NCBI GenBank assembly: GCA_022605425.2
Contig: JAKIMF020000013.1
Location: 1 to 64,000 of the forward strand
DNA: 64,000 bases
Source of the DNA: Hamiltosporidium tvaerminnensis FI-OER-3-3
Taxonomy: Eukaryota > Fungi > Microsporidia
Reading direction: 5' to 3'
In this document: positions 40,302 through 52,545 of the stretch, one piece after another
Position numbering within the stretch: position 1 is the stretch's first letter
Layout of the letters: each line of letters begins with the position of its first letter
Program-made: the position numbers and the translations under genes
Notes under the pieces: model-generated
Told to the model about the DNA's origin: nothing
Database searches by the model: none
What the model saw: only the letters and a program-made list of their open reading frames with translations

Positions 40302-42915
40302 ATGCACTTCAAAAACTTTACGGTTCTATTCAGTGGTTTTTTAAACAAAAAAATAGGTGAAAGATATACGAATGTAAGTACAATTATCAATGTGAAAATG
40401 ATATTTTCGTCTTTTTTTCTTCTAATCTTTTGTGTAAAAATTGATTGTATCAGAATTATTATTTTTTTCACCGATATTAATCAGAATCAGAATCTTACAG
40501 CTAACCAAGCTGAATCATGTTTTACTCTAGACGCTAATAACAGAAAAAGACATCGGTGTAATGAAATTTTATGTACTCAAACTCAACAATGTTCCTTCGA
40601 TTTTGATGAAAAAATTCTAATGAATATTTTCAACAAGAAGACAATAATATAAGTAATAAAATCCCAAGATTGGATTCGAATGTGAAACGACTAGACAGCA
40701 CAAATAATACATCAGAAAATGGGGACTCAAACATGATATATTATGGGGACAATATTCAGAATTTAGAAGAGCCTGATGTAGATGCAAGCTTTGAAATTTT
40801 AGCTGATTCTGAAAATGAAAACTCTCTCTTGTTCCAAATCCCTGTCGATATTCTAATATTCGAATATTCAAATTCTTATGTAATTCGATCTATGTATTTT
40901 GATAATAGTAATTCATCTGAAATTAACGAAATTTATCTTAATATTAAAGATATAACAAAAGGTAATATTGATATCCATATGTTTAAAGAATGTTTAAATA
41001 TTCTATGTTACGGTTGGAATTATGGTGTTTCGGGGTTGAATAACGAAAATTTTTTGGATTTTATTCAGTTACTTTCTGATCTTTCTTGTTACTAGGGTAC
41101 TGATGGATTAATCACATTGTATAAAAACTTACTTCCATTTCTAATTTCATATGCAGCAGATATATCGTGTTCAAATGTATTTTTTTGACAGAAATTGAAT
41201 TTATAAAATATAGAGAATATTTTTTGCCATTCTTAACTGTACTCTATGCTTCAGTCGATATATTTTTTACTTCAAATACAAAAGAATTGGTGTTTATAGA
41301 GAAGAATGAAATTAGAAAACTCTATTTGGATGGAATGAATTCCTCCGAGAAAATCATAATTAGAACCACACCTATCGCTCTTAAATTTATGTATAAAGAT
41401 TATTCCAAAGATAAAAAAATTATTCTGTCCAAATTAGTCTTTTCATATGAAATATTGGGGATAAGGATTTCTAGTGATGACAGATATTATACAGCATATA
41501 AGAATTCTGATATTGCGGATCTTTTTTTGAAAAGAAATGCAGGTATATGTGACGTGAAAACCTTTTTCTTTTCGGTTTTTTATACCCACGATTTCAAAAA
41601 AAATGAACGGATCAAATATATAGAATTTGAAAGAATCGATTTAACATATGATTCTAGAATATTAGGCTTTGGTTTTTATTATTTAGAAACTCTAATCCTT
41701 GTAAAGTGTAAATTTAATAAATATCCGAAAGTTTTAAGCAATGTCTCGTTTTATTTTCCCAATTTAAAAATTTTGCGAATTATTGGATTCAGATTAACCA
41801 ATAGATTTTTTAATAATTTAAATTATTTAAAAATAGAGACTTTAGATATTTCGGGCAGCAACTATGTTGGTTCGAATCTAAAATTTTGTATTAATCTCCC
41901 AAAATTATTGAAAGAATTTAGAATGGATCATTCTTATCCGAACTACAATATTTTGAATTCTATGATTTTGAATGATAATTTAGCGGTTTTAAGTATGAGA
42001 GGAGTAGACTTTACTTGTTTGAAAAATTTTACAAGTTTTAGGAATGGCCAAAAATATTTTCATTGCCTAGATCTTTCAGGATGCATACTTGATGATTCTA
42101 TGTTGAATTTTTTTTCAATAAATATAAAATCCAAGATTCTTATATTAGAAGGTTTTGCTAATATGAATCATTTGCAAAAAATTTTGAATCAAGAATCCTT
42201 ATATGCAAGTGTCAAATGTTTAATCCTTTCGAACGATTCACTCACGTTAAGTATTTTCGATTTTTTATGTAAATTTAAAATACTAGAATACTTAAAGATC
42301 TCAAATTTAAGTATAAATTTATTAGCGCCCTTTGTTCCTGATTGTAGGTGTAAAGGTTATATATCTGAAATCGATTTATCAGAGAATAAATTATCAAATT
42401 TTTTTCTGTATTTTCTGTGTCAGTTTCATCAATTAAAAAGGCTTAGTTTGTCAATGTGTAATCTTGAAACAGGATTCATGGAAATTTTATGCTCTACTAA
42501 CCTTTCGACTTCTCTTAAAAATTTAAACATAGCTGGAAAAAGGATGTCTGAATTAGATATTCAGCAGATAGCATTACTGAAGAATCTAAATATCTTGTTC
42601 GTTTCTTTTGATGATTCGGTTTTTTCTGGTTCTTTAAGAAAATATGGAGCGTTGAAAAGTCCAAATTTAGAATTTTTAATTTTGGTTTTTACAAATGTCA
42701 ACTGTGATATTGCTAATTTTGTCATTATGCTTTCTTCGTTGAAAAGTCTTAATTTCGTGAAATGCAAATTAAATGACGATGTATTGATCATAAATTTTAA
42801 TTTATATCCGCCTTCTTTAAAAAGTATAACGTTCACCAAAACTTTTATACCTGAGAATGAGAGATTTTTTTTGGATGTTTTAAGAAATTTTGGAATTCAA
42901 GTTATAATAAATTGA
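40302..42915 (+). pseudogene. LRR-family paralogue with two probable -1 homopolymer frameshifts and one in-frame TAG
   Basis: Three track ORFs align consecutively to 60679..63342. Frameshift best placed at the A6 run 40609-40614. TAG at 41093-41095 (SCY*GTDGLITLYKNLLPFLISY vs SCYSESEALDIFYKNLLPFLFSY). Frameshift at the T7 run 41180-41186. Confidence 0.85.
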
Positions 42916-43996
42916 ATAAATTTATTTTATATTCGATATTTAATAAAGCTTTTTATATTAAAATAATAAATTTGTTTGAAACGAAGATCATATCTCAATC
43001 AGTACTTAGTTTTATTATTATGGCATTTATAAATTTTCTGAATAAATCTTGATAAATACAGTAAGAAAAGGGGAGATTTTCAACAAACTTTAAGATTTTG
43101 ATCGGTCTTGATATTAATCAGAGATCATGCTGAGATTTTAACAATTCGAATTCAACGATTTCTTTTTAATTAATTCGACTAATTCGGTATATTTAAATTG
43201 AAATAAATTTGATGAAAAATATTAAAAATTCACTTCTATCGAAGTTAAATCAATAACTGTAATTTGTTATGGTATTCATCGTTCAAAGATATTTTACTAG
43301 AATAAATCATACTGTGTGGTTTTTTAAACCATCTTGATCCGAAATCACTGTTTTTTTCGGTTTTTTAAATATCAATTTCAGGATTGACAATATCTTTTTA
43401 TAGTTATAAAATAGTGCCTGTTTGCAAAACCTAGTGATTTCTTTGTTTTTAGAAATATTAAATGCTTGAATATTTAATTTTACTAAAATGTTCTTCCACT
43501 TATAGCAAAATCATGTTGACATTTATTTTGCGATTATTATTCTGCAAATAAATGTGTTTTCAGCATCAAAATTTTTTTATATTTAATACTTTAGTATCAT
43601 TGCTGCGATCTTTTAACTTTGGCTCGCGGACATATTTTTCGGCGTGCCATGGCTTTTTTTATAAACCAGGTGTTTTTAATAGGAAAAAGAATTAAATAAA
43701 TACAAATAAATTATATGAATAAAATTCCATTTATAGATAATTTCTATTGTATATGTGTAATACAAAGAAAAGATTTAAGTTTAAACATTTTTTTTAACTA
43801 AAACCATATTTTTTTTTGTTTACTCATAAAAATTCAAAATATTTTGTTACTGAACATTATGTGATTGAGATTTATCACCAATTATCTGTTGAAATTGAGG
43901 ATTAAGTTTAATATTAGAAATTTAAAAAAATCTTCAGATACCTATCTGTTAGTTGAATGAAATCCGTTAAAAAATTTTTTCACATAGATAGACAAG

Positions 43997-44222
43997 TAAA
44001 GCCGAAGGCGGAAATAATATCTCGAGATCATTTACGAACTTGATTTAATTGTGCAGGAGGAGAAAACAAAATCAAATTTAAAACTATGAGATTGGCAATG
44101 AATGCGTATATTTAGTGCAAAAAAAATTTGCCATTTTAGTGGGATCTAGATCACACTTGATCGATAATCCGATCCCTGTATAATCTCGAGTTCGAAAGAT
44201 TAAAAGAGGAATAGGTAAGTAG
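43997..44222 (-). ncRNA. Candidate divergent U1 snRNA
   Basis: Minus strand, in order: TACTTACCT; 11-bp closing helix CTCGAGATTAT/ATGATCTCGAG; stem-loop with GATCAAG loop; stem-loop with TTGCAC loop; third stem TTGATTT/AAATCAA; U-rich stretch; small GCC-TTC-GGC hairpin. Confidence 0.6.
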
Positions 44223-44388
44223 TAAAATTCTAGCTAAAAATATTTATTTGTTCATTTCCTTTTTATAGGTTTAATTAAGAAATAGAAAAAACTTTATTTT
44301 TTTGTAATTAAATATTTATACAAAATTAAAAAATACCAATTAGGAATTTATTTTTATAATGAAAATAAAATTAAAAAATTCATATTCT

Positions 44389-45021
44389 TTATTTAAGATC
44401 AGAATAAACCATTAAAAGAACTACAATGTAAATAATATAAAAATATATATTAACACCTTTGAAATTAATCTTATCGAGTTGTATTTTTGTAGATTCAATA
44501 CTATTAGAATTATCAATTGTGTAAGTTGCATTACAAATTTTGTACTTAATATCCATTTGTGATTTTATTTTTTGATCTATCAACAAATTACCATCTCTTT
44601 CAATTAATCTATTCCTCTGTGTTTCGTAGTCACAATAAACTACAATTGAATCAAAATATTTATTTAATTTACATTCAAAAAATAACGGAATTTCCATAAA
44701 AATAATTGATTTTCCCATAAATGCATAATATAGCAATCTAAATATTATTTCCGCATATACTTTTGGATGTATCAATTTTTCCAATTCCTTTCTTTTTTCT
44801 TTATTATTGAATACCATTTTTCTTAATTCTACTTTGTTTAAGGTATTGTCATCGTTTTTAACAGAATCACCAAATATTTGATACACCTTTTCCAAATTTT
44901 TATATAAAATTTTATTTGATATTTTGTCTGCATTTATAACTACATAACCTTTATCCATTAATATATTTGCCACACTTGTTTTTCCTGTCGCTATACCGCC
45001 AGTAATTGCTATTATTTTCAT
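44389..45021 (-). CDS. CAB5: Dephospho-CoA kinase (CoaE/Cab5 family) with C-terminal hydrophobic segment
   Basis: P-loop ITGGIATGKT, INADKI, LRKMVF, LEKLIHP, EIPLFFE, RLIERD, IKSQM and IDNS motifs. Confidence 0.93.
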   Translation of the reverse strand: MKIIAITGGIATGKTSVANILMDKGYVVINADKISNKILYKNLEKVYQIFGDSVKNDDNTLNKVELRKMVFNNKEKRKELEKLIHPKVYAEIIFRLLYYAFMGKSIIFMEIPLFFECKLNKYFDSIVVYCDYETQRNRLIERDGNLLIDQKIKSQMDIKYKICNATYTIDNSNSIESTKIQLDKINFKGVNIYFYIIYIVVLLMVYSDLK

Positions 45022-46747
45022 TGTTTTTTACCCTCTTTAAAATAGTTTTATCTATGAAACTTTTCAACCGCTAAAAAAAATATTTGAAACAAAAAAAATC
45101 AAAGAAAGATTTTTTTTCAAATAAGTAACGGTTATAAATCCAAATATTTATTAGAAAATATCTTTATATCTTATTTAAGGATTATTACTCATAGTTTAAT
45201 ATTATAATTATAGATGATATAAGATTTATAATATATTAAAAATAATATAGTTGGGTGATTTGGAAAAAAAAATTAAACATCCTCTGTATATAAACTGTTA
45301 AATGATAAATCATTTAAAATAATACTATACTCATTATTTAATTTTCGTTTTATTAAGTTGGTTTTTTCCGATTGTTCTTTAATTTTAAATACAAAATAAG
45401 ATAATTATTTGACTATTTAATGAAATTTATAATTGTCATGAGAAATTAATATTTATAGACATTAAAATGTTAGATTAGATTGTTTATAATTTATTTAAAG
45501 ATTAAATAGATAAAATATATTTAAATGAACTTAAAAAGGTTTTTTTCTTTATTATAATAGTCTTGCTATGAAATTATTTATTTTCTTTAAACTTGATTTC
45601 TTACGGTCAATTAAATGAGCAAAATATTACCAAATTTAGAATATTAGTATGCCTTTTTGGGAGCATTACAATTTTATTATTGGAAATAAAAAATTTATAA
45701 CTTTTAGAAATCTAACTTCTAAATACTATAGAGAAAAGCTGCAAATAAAAAATTTAAAATTCATAGCAATACCTTATACATTTCTGCTATATTTCATTGA
45801 GCAATAAAATTAATTTAAGATAGATTTGCTTTTTATTATTGATTTTTTATATAACACACTGGATTATTCTTCGATTATTTAGAAGCTTTTCCAATATTTC
45901 TTTTTAGTGTATAATTTAGATTTTTTAATCATTTTAGAATTTAATAGTTTTGTTTAAACTTTTGTTTTAAAGTTTTTATCATTTTAGTAAAACGTAATAT
46001 TTTTAAGAATTTTTTCCTAGACTCTGATGCTTGAATGGTATTTTTCGACACTTAAACAACATTTTCTCGACAAAATATACGTTTCAAAAAAAAAATGATG
46101 TCAAGTTTCGTCTGAGTTATCGGAGGAATGTATATTCCTATAATTAATTATATTTGGATATTAGAATTGCAACTTAGGCACACACATATTAGATTTTAAG
46201 TTATTTCAAATAATAGAATTGAAATTCAAACGCTTAAAAATTATTTTCTCGTTTTTTGGTTCTAAAATTTGAATAAAATCTCAAAATTGATTCCAATTCG
46301 AATCTGAGTTATTATATTTATTTTTATCTAAAAGAAGTATACTCGATATTTTGTTCTAAATTTAGGATTCAACACTTGATGTTCACTCATATTTCCGCAC
46401 ATTCATTTTCAAACATATTGTTAGAACCGAGACCTTTAAAATTGGTTTTTAACACAATTTTATACCCGTTTATTCAAAACAATCAGAGTCTTTATAGAAA
46501 TGAATATCGCATAGATATAATCAAATATTTTCTTAAATATTCATTACATACGAATGGTTTAGAATTTATTAAAAAACTACCTAAATTACAATATACATTT
46601 AAATATCAATTATTTCAGAATAGATTGTAAATTTGGCTCTGATATAACTAATACTTATATTTATTCGTTATTCTTGTCTCATTTAATTCTAACAAACATA
46701 TATTTAGTCTATACACAAATTAAATAGAAGTTTCTATTTGTAGCTTA

Positions 46748-46938
46748 TTTATTTGACACAAATTTGTGATTTTTAAAATTTAAATTTTGTCTTTTTAAAA
46801 CTTAGCTAGTATTTATTACCAAGAAATTAATAGTTTATTTAACCGTTTATTTGAGACAAATTTGAGATTTTTAATATATTTATTTTGTCTGTCACTCCTG
46901 GATAGTATTTATTGCCAAGAAATTTATAATTTATTTAA
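46748..46938. repeat. Degenerate ~96-98-bp tandem duplication
   Basis: ttatttgacacaaatttgtgatttttaa...tagtatttattaccaagaaatt is repeated as ttatttgagacaaatttgagatttttaa...tagtatttattgccaagaaatt. Confidence 0.75.
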
Positions 46939-48354
46939 AGTTTATTTTAATATCATTTTTAAGCTATAATATATGCTTTTTAATTCTAAATTATTTATCT
47001 AAAAAATTCGAATTCCTTAAAAATAAATCTATGGTTGCAATTAAACCTAAAATACTTTGTTTAATTATACATTTGATATTTAAAGAATATATATTAAAGT
47101 TTAAACCGCCTTTTTATATATAACTTATTGCAATATAAATATCTCAGTCTTAAATATATTTCTTTCAACTAACTTAAATCTTCATGTTTCGATGTCAGAA
47201 AATAGATTAGATTACTTAATTATTGAACCCAATTTCCCAACTGGCTCTTATAAACTTAAATATACATCTTTAAATAACATGTTTTTGGATTTCACACTCT
47301 TATATATTTGAAATATGTATGTATAACCAATCTGTTCTAAATATTTCTATAACTTTTGTAATCATTCTTATTGACATTATTTTTTAATATATATTATAAG
47401 CAACAGTTCAATGATAAATTATATTTCATTTATTCTTAGAAAATTACATATTTTATAGCAATTAATACAAATTATTGTAGAATATTCTTACATTTCTCAG
47501 TGTTAATTACTGTACAGTTTCATATATTTTATTAAAACATTTACAACCAATCTGTATATTAAAATCTAAATTTTGATGTAAAATATCAAAAGTGTTTTAT
47601 TTATAAAATAACTCCCAATTTATTCAGACATTTATAACCAATAAATGATTTAAATAAACAGAAAATTATATTTCAAAATAAAGTTTTTGATGTTTTAGTA
47701 ATTATAACTATCTTTATTTAATAAAATTTTGGGTTAAAATATTTTTACCATTTTTATATGTTTTCTTCTACCTCTTTAACCACTACTGTCTCTTCTTCCA
47801 AATCCAACTCTTCGTTAATATTTATGGTAGTTCCTTTACAGTGGTTCCTCCTTGTGAAATAAGGGATGTATTATTTTTTGTATTTTCCATTTTAACACCA
47901 TCTTCCTCGTTGTCTACTTGCTTTAAAGGGGGTGTTTTTAATTCTTTAATAATTGGTTTCTTACTTTTATTTTAATTTCTTTATCTTTTATATCACGTTG
48001 TAGAAAAAGAAAAGATTATTGGTAAAAAAGTCTAAGAGAATTCATAAATGTATAAAATGGTTTTAACTAAAAAAATTATTGAATAAATTAGACATCTAAC
48101 ATTCCTTCAAATTAAATATTTGTTTATATTCTTTTAAAAGGAATAATTTTCTATATTTTTGAACTTCATTTAATTGATTTATATATTCATTAAATTTATA
48201 TCTTCTCTCATTTATTTATATCTTCATTTAATTTATTCTTCTCTCAGTTATTTACATCTTCATTTAATTTATATCTCACTCTTTTTTAAAATATAATTCT
48301 TACTTTAAATTTATTTTTTTTTCTACATTTTTGTTAAATTTTTACCGTTCAAAA

Positions 48355-48621
48355 ATGGATGAAAGTGATATACAAGAATCGAAGGAAATAAGAGAACGTT
48401 TAAAAAGATTAACACACATAGCTTTAGATATTCAAAAGGAAGCAGAGAGTCATTACAAAGATTTAGAAAGTAATCAAAGTGGATTAGATAAATCAATGGT
48501 GTATGTGAATAAATCGCTTGCTAAAATAAGAAATTTAGCAAAAAGAAAATTTAATCATACTTTCTATTTAATTATTGCTACTGTTTTTCTTGTAATGTTG
48601 TTTTATATTTTATTCTTTTAG
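48355..48621 (+). CDS. Small Qc-SNARE (Bet1/Sft1-like), tail-anchored
   Basis: ATG at 48355 preferred over the TTG at 48331. 88 aa: single SNARE heptad (LKRLTHIALDIQKEAESHYKDL...), basic stretch and C-terminal TM helix. Confidence 0.75.
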   Translation: MDESDIQESKEIRERLKRLTHIALDIQKEAESHYKDLESNQSGLDKSMVYVNKSLAKIRNLAKRKFNHTFYLIIATVFLVMLFYILFF

Positions 48622-49284
48622 ATTTATATTGTTTTATTTAATTCTATTTGGGAAATATTTCAAATTTTATTTTTTTGAAAAATATGTTTTTTAATTGAAA
48701 AAAGCTTCAAATCCTGTTAATAAATTATTTAAGAATTTTTTTATGTTGTAAATTTATGTGATGCTATTTTAAGTATTTTTTTTCTTAAGATTAAATATTT
48801 TTTTTATATTCTGATTTGAATTTTATAGTCACTTGAGTAATGTTCGGTTATAAAATTTGTAAAAAATGTAATCTTTATTTTAAATATTGAAAATTTATAT
48901 TAAAAAGTGATTGTTGTCTTATAATTTTGTATGTTTATACTTTTCTTTATATCTATAATAGTAAGTTGCTTATTACTTTTATTTCATTTTATATTATTCT
49001 TTCGATCAAAATCATGATTAGTAAGAGATTTTTTAGAATAAATTGTTTAATGTATATTTATTTGAAATTTTTCATTAAAAGAGTTTGTAGATATTATTTG
49101 TGATTTTTTGGTAAGTTTTAAACCGAAATATTTTTTCAATTTTTAGATTCAAATTTTCAAAGTTGAAACTCGAATAATAAACAACATTAATAATATTCTT
49201 GGTGATTTTTTGTACCTAAATTTTTAAACAAGCATATAAATTTATAGAAAATTAAAAAATATTTTATCTAAAATTTGATGAAGA

Positions 49285-49935
49285 GATGAAAATCATACTA
49301 TAAGTTTTCTGGTTGGTAATGATTAGATGTAATTATGTGAAAATCATATATTTGGGTTTTTTATGAGCTGGCATTCAAATAAAATTTCAGTTGATTCGTG
49401 AGAGTTTGTATATCAAAGACAAAGTCTGAGAAATGATGAAGTCATTTTTACAGAGATGATTTGTAGTTTTTTATGAAACAAAATGGAGATCAGTGATCAA
49501 AATTGTAAGTAATTGACACTTAAGGACATGGGAACCTAGTTTTTGTATACTAGGTTAGGATACATAGCGCTCATGAGATTTTAAATTCAAATATTTTTAT
49601 TCCCTGGTAAACTAATTCGAATTATACTTGTTGATATGCCATATCTATCTCTAGATGGACTTCCTGCAAATCTTCCAAATACATCTCAACTGGAATACTA
49701 TTTGGTTCGAAAGTGTAAAGTAACTTGGAATGTGGCTAATTTTGGAAGAACCCAGGGTGAGATAAAACCTGCAATTACAACCCACAACAAATATTAGCGA
49801 AGGACGGGAAAGCATCCACGTATTAAATAAATTCTACAATTTTAGAGGAAAATTTACTAAATTTAGGTATTTGATGGATGATAATGGAGGCTTGGACAAC
49901 AATTATTTATGTAAAACCAAGAATTGCCTTAATTT
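49285..49935. repeat. Dispersed ~650-bp family, full-length inverted copy
   Basis: Reverse complement gives gaaattaaggcaattcttggttttacataaata, cattccaagttactttacactttcgaac and tgattttcaca, colinear with copy 2. Confidence 0.75.
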
Positions 49936-50130
49936 CTTAGAAAAAAATATAAAATTCACTACCTATTTAAGAAGATGGGATATTTTAGTAATAAAACAAA
50001 TATCATAATTTACTTACAATTTTCCAGTAATTAATTTATAAAATATATAACGAAAAAATTGACAAAATAGAAATAAAAGTTAAAATTTTATACTTTAAAA
50101 TACTTTTATTAAAAGAAAATACTTAACCTT

Positions 50131-50613
50131 CTACAATAAAGATTCTTCACTATAATCTTCACTTTGTACTTCTTGATATACTTTTATTAGATTAAATGCT
50201 GATATATCAAAGGAATTACCTTCATAATTCATTGTAGCATAGCTATCGTGAAATTTAAAACTAAATTCACTGGTTGATTTTAGTATTTTAGATGAAATTA
50301 TATTGAATCCACTGAGGATACTTTTCATTTTTTGATCTGTTGAAGAAACAAATTTGGGATCTTTCATTGATTGTCTTGTATTTTGGAACCAAATTTGTAC
50401 AGATCTCTGGGGAATATCCAGCAAAACTGCTATATCATTTCTTGTATCAGTTGAAGGATAATTTGTAATATTATAAATTCGGTTTAGCATAGCAAGTTGT
50501 CGCCGGCTTTTATACTTATACCCATTATTTCCAATATATTTGATTCTATTTTCTCTCCTTATTTTCAAAAGTGCGATCAAAGTTTCTGCTTCCTTTTCTG
50601 TAATCCATTCCAT
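50131..50613 (-). CDS. Homeodomain transcription factor (short microsporidian HD-type, Q50)
   Basis: KSRRQLAMLNRIYNITNYPSTDTRNDIAVLLDIPQRSVQIWFQNTRQ, with the helix-3 VQIWFQN signature. Confidence 0.92.
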   Translation of the reverse strand: MEWITEKEAETLIALLKIRRENRIKYIGNNGYKYKSRRQLAMLNRIYNITNYPSTDTRNDIAVLLDIPQRSVQIWFQNTRQSMKDPKFVSSTDQKMKSILSGFNIISSKILKSTSEFSFKFHDSYATMNYEGNSFDISAFNLIKVYQEVQSEDYSEESLL

Positions 50614-52160
50614 ATCTAAAACTTAAATATTTTTTATATATTAATATCTTAAAAAAGGTAAATATAATATATATGAAATTCATTTAATAGTTTCATAATT
50701 CAGAATAAATTAAAATGTCTAAACCGTGGAAACTTATTCTTTTATTATTACAATCAATAAATTACTATAAAATATATTTTTGGATTAATTAACTATTTTA
50801 GACTAATCAAATTATATTTATTATCATAATAATAAAAAAAATTACAAATTTTGAAGGAAAATATGAAATTAAACACATTTTTTACATTTTTAACAAAAAT
50901 TGATATTTTCTTTTGGTTTATCCGTAGACATATCACAATCAATATAATAAAATGAATTTATACTGTTTTTAATTACAATTTAAAAAAGCAATATTTGTAC
51001 TTAAGAACTTATAAATTTGGTTTTTTTTCATATAAATAGAAACGATCTAGAATATATTCTGACATATATCATTATACATTTAGATTTCCAGAATATCTTT
51101 TAATTATTTTTATTTGTTGAATATTATTTAAAAGCACAAGATGAAACAATTAGATCAATTTGATATAAATGATAGACTAAAGGTTTTGTTTATTTTTATT
51201 TATCATTTTGATTTTAATTTAGAAATTTCTTTTATTTTCAATAGACAAAAGTTTTATAATAATTTAATTCTACATTTTCTCTATTAAGAAAACATATAAT
51301 ATTAAATCAGTTTTTTTATTATTTTTTTACGAAGTTTTCTTACAAATTAACGAATTTATATAAAAATGTTCAAATTGTACAAAAATATATTTATTTATAT
51401 AAGTAATTTAAATATAAAGTATTAGTATCATAACTGTATTCCTTATATAATTTAAACTATAATAATTTTATTGGTAGAAATTTAAAAATAAAATATTTTT
51501 TTTAAATTTTTTAAAAAAATATATAAAAACCTTTATTAGGCAATATATATATTAGTAATATAATATTTTCATATTCAACGAATATTTTATAGTTTTAAAG
51601 AAAATATAAGGAATGCTTTTGTTTTTTTTATGAAATGTACTTAAATATTCTATATTGTATTATCATTCTACTTTTGATTTTATTCTTATATGTAACAATA
51701 TTTTTTGTTAAAATTGTAGTTCATATTACTGAAATGAATTAGAAATAATACATTTGTCAATTTACTATAAAAAAAATATTGTCTTACATTAAAAAAAAAC
51801 CAACAAATAATTTCTTGTATCAAAATTTTTTATTTTAAAATATAATTACTTAAAATTCTTGCAATTATACATTTATTATTTGAATATATCATCTGCAAAT
51901 ATACAGTGAAATCAAATATAAGCAACATTGGTTTTTTATTTTAATACTACACCGCTATATTAAAAATCACATTCAAGATGTTTCTGAAATTTATGAATTA
52001 TAAAAATATAAAGAGATTTTATCGTATGCTCTATCAATATAATTTACAAAAACAGTTGCTGTAAATATTTTTATATTATATGGAATTGTTAATAAAAGCT
52101 TTTGGACTAATCGAATTTAAAAAATTTGGTTAGAAATAAATTAAAAAATTTCTGTAATAA

Positions 52161-52545
52161 TTACATGATATCTAGACTTAGTATTAAAGTTATGTTACAT
52201 GATACATTGACCTAATAGAAGAAGTTATGTTACATGATATCTAGACTTAGTATTAAAGTTATGTTACATGATACATTGACCTAATAGAAGAAGTTATGTT
52301 ACATGATATCTAGACTTAGTATTAAAGTTATGTTACATGATACATTGACTTATTAGAAGAAATTAACTAATATGTTGCTTATAGAAATAGACTTAGGACT
52401 GAAAAAACAATGACATGATAAATCGACTTTGTTTAAGAATTCATCCAAGATATTGCTTATAGAAGTATACATGGTATTTAAATTTAGTCACATGATAAAT
52501 TTATTTTGAAAAATACTCTACCAAGATATTGCTTATAGAAGTAGA
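52161..52545. repeat. 69-bp higher-order minisatellite (34+35-bp sub-units, ~2.9 copies) grading into a degenerate ~76-bp repeat
   Basis: Units start at 52161, 52230 and 52299, with shared core aagttatgttacatgata. ccaagatattgcttatagaagta occurs at 52445 and 52521. Confidence 0.9.

Noticed and set aside
32687-41095. Stop-codon reassignment or programmed readthrough explaining the in-frame TAA/TAG in LRR genes
   Set aside because: Conserved genes here end normally with TAA, TAG or TGA and have no internal stops. The two stops are at different positions and co-occur with other lesions.
48180-48280. Degenerate short repeats (atttatatcttc...) upstream of the SNARE gene as a regulatory array
   Set aside because: Low-complexity slippage-type repeat. 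No function can be supported from the sequence.
52161-52361. CRISPR-like repeat-spacer array
   Set aside because: The spacers simply alternate (A,B,A,B,A,B) and are only 16-17 bp. There are no cas genes and the context is eukaryotic. It is a higher-order minisatellite.
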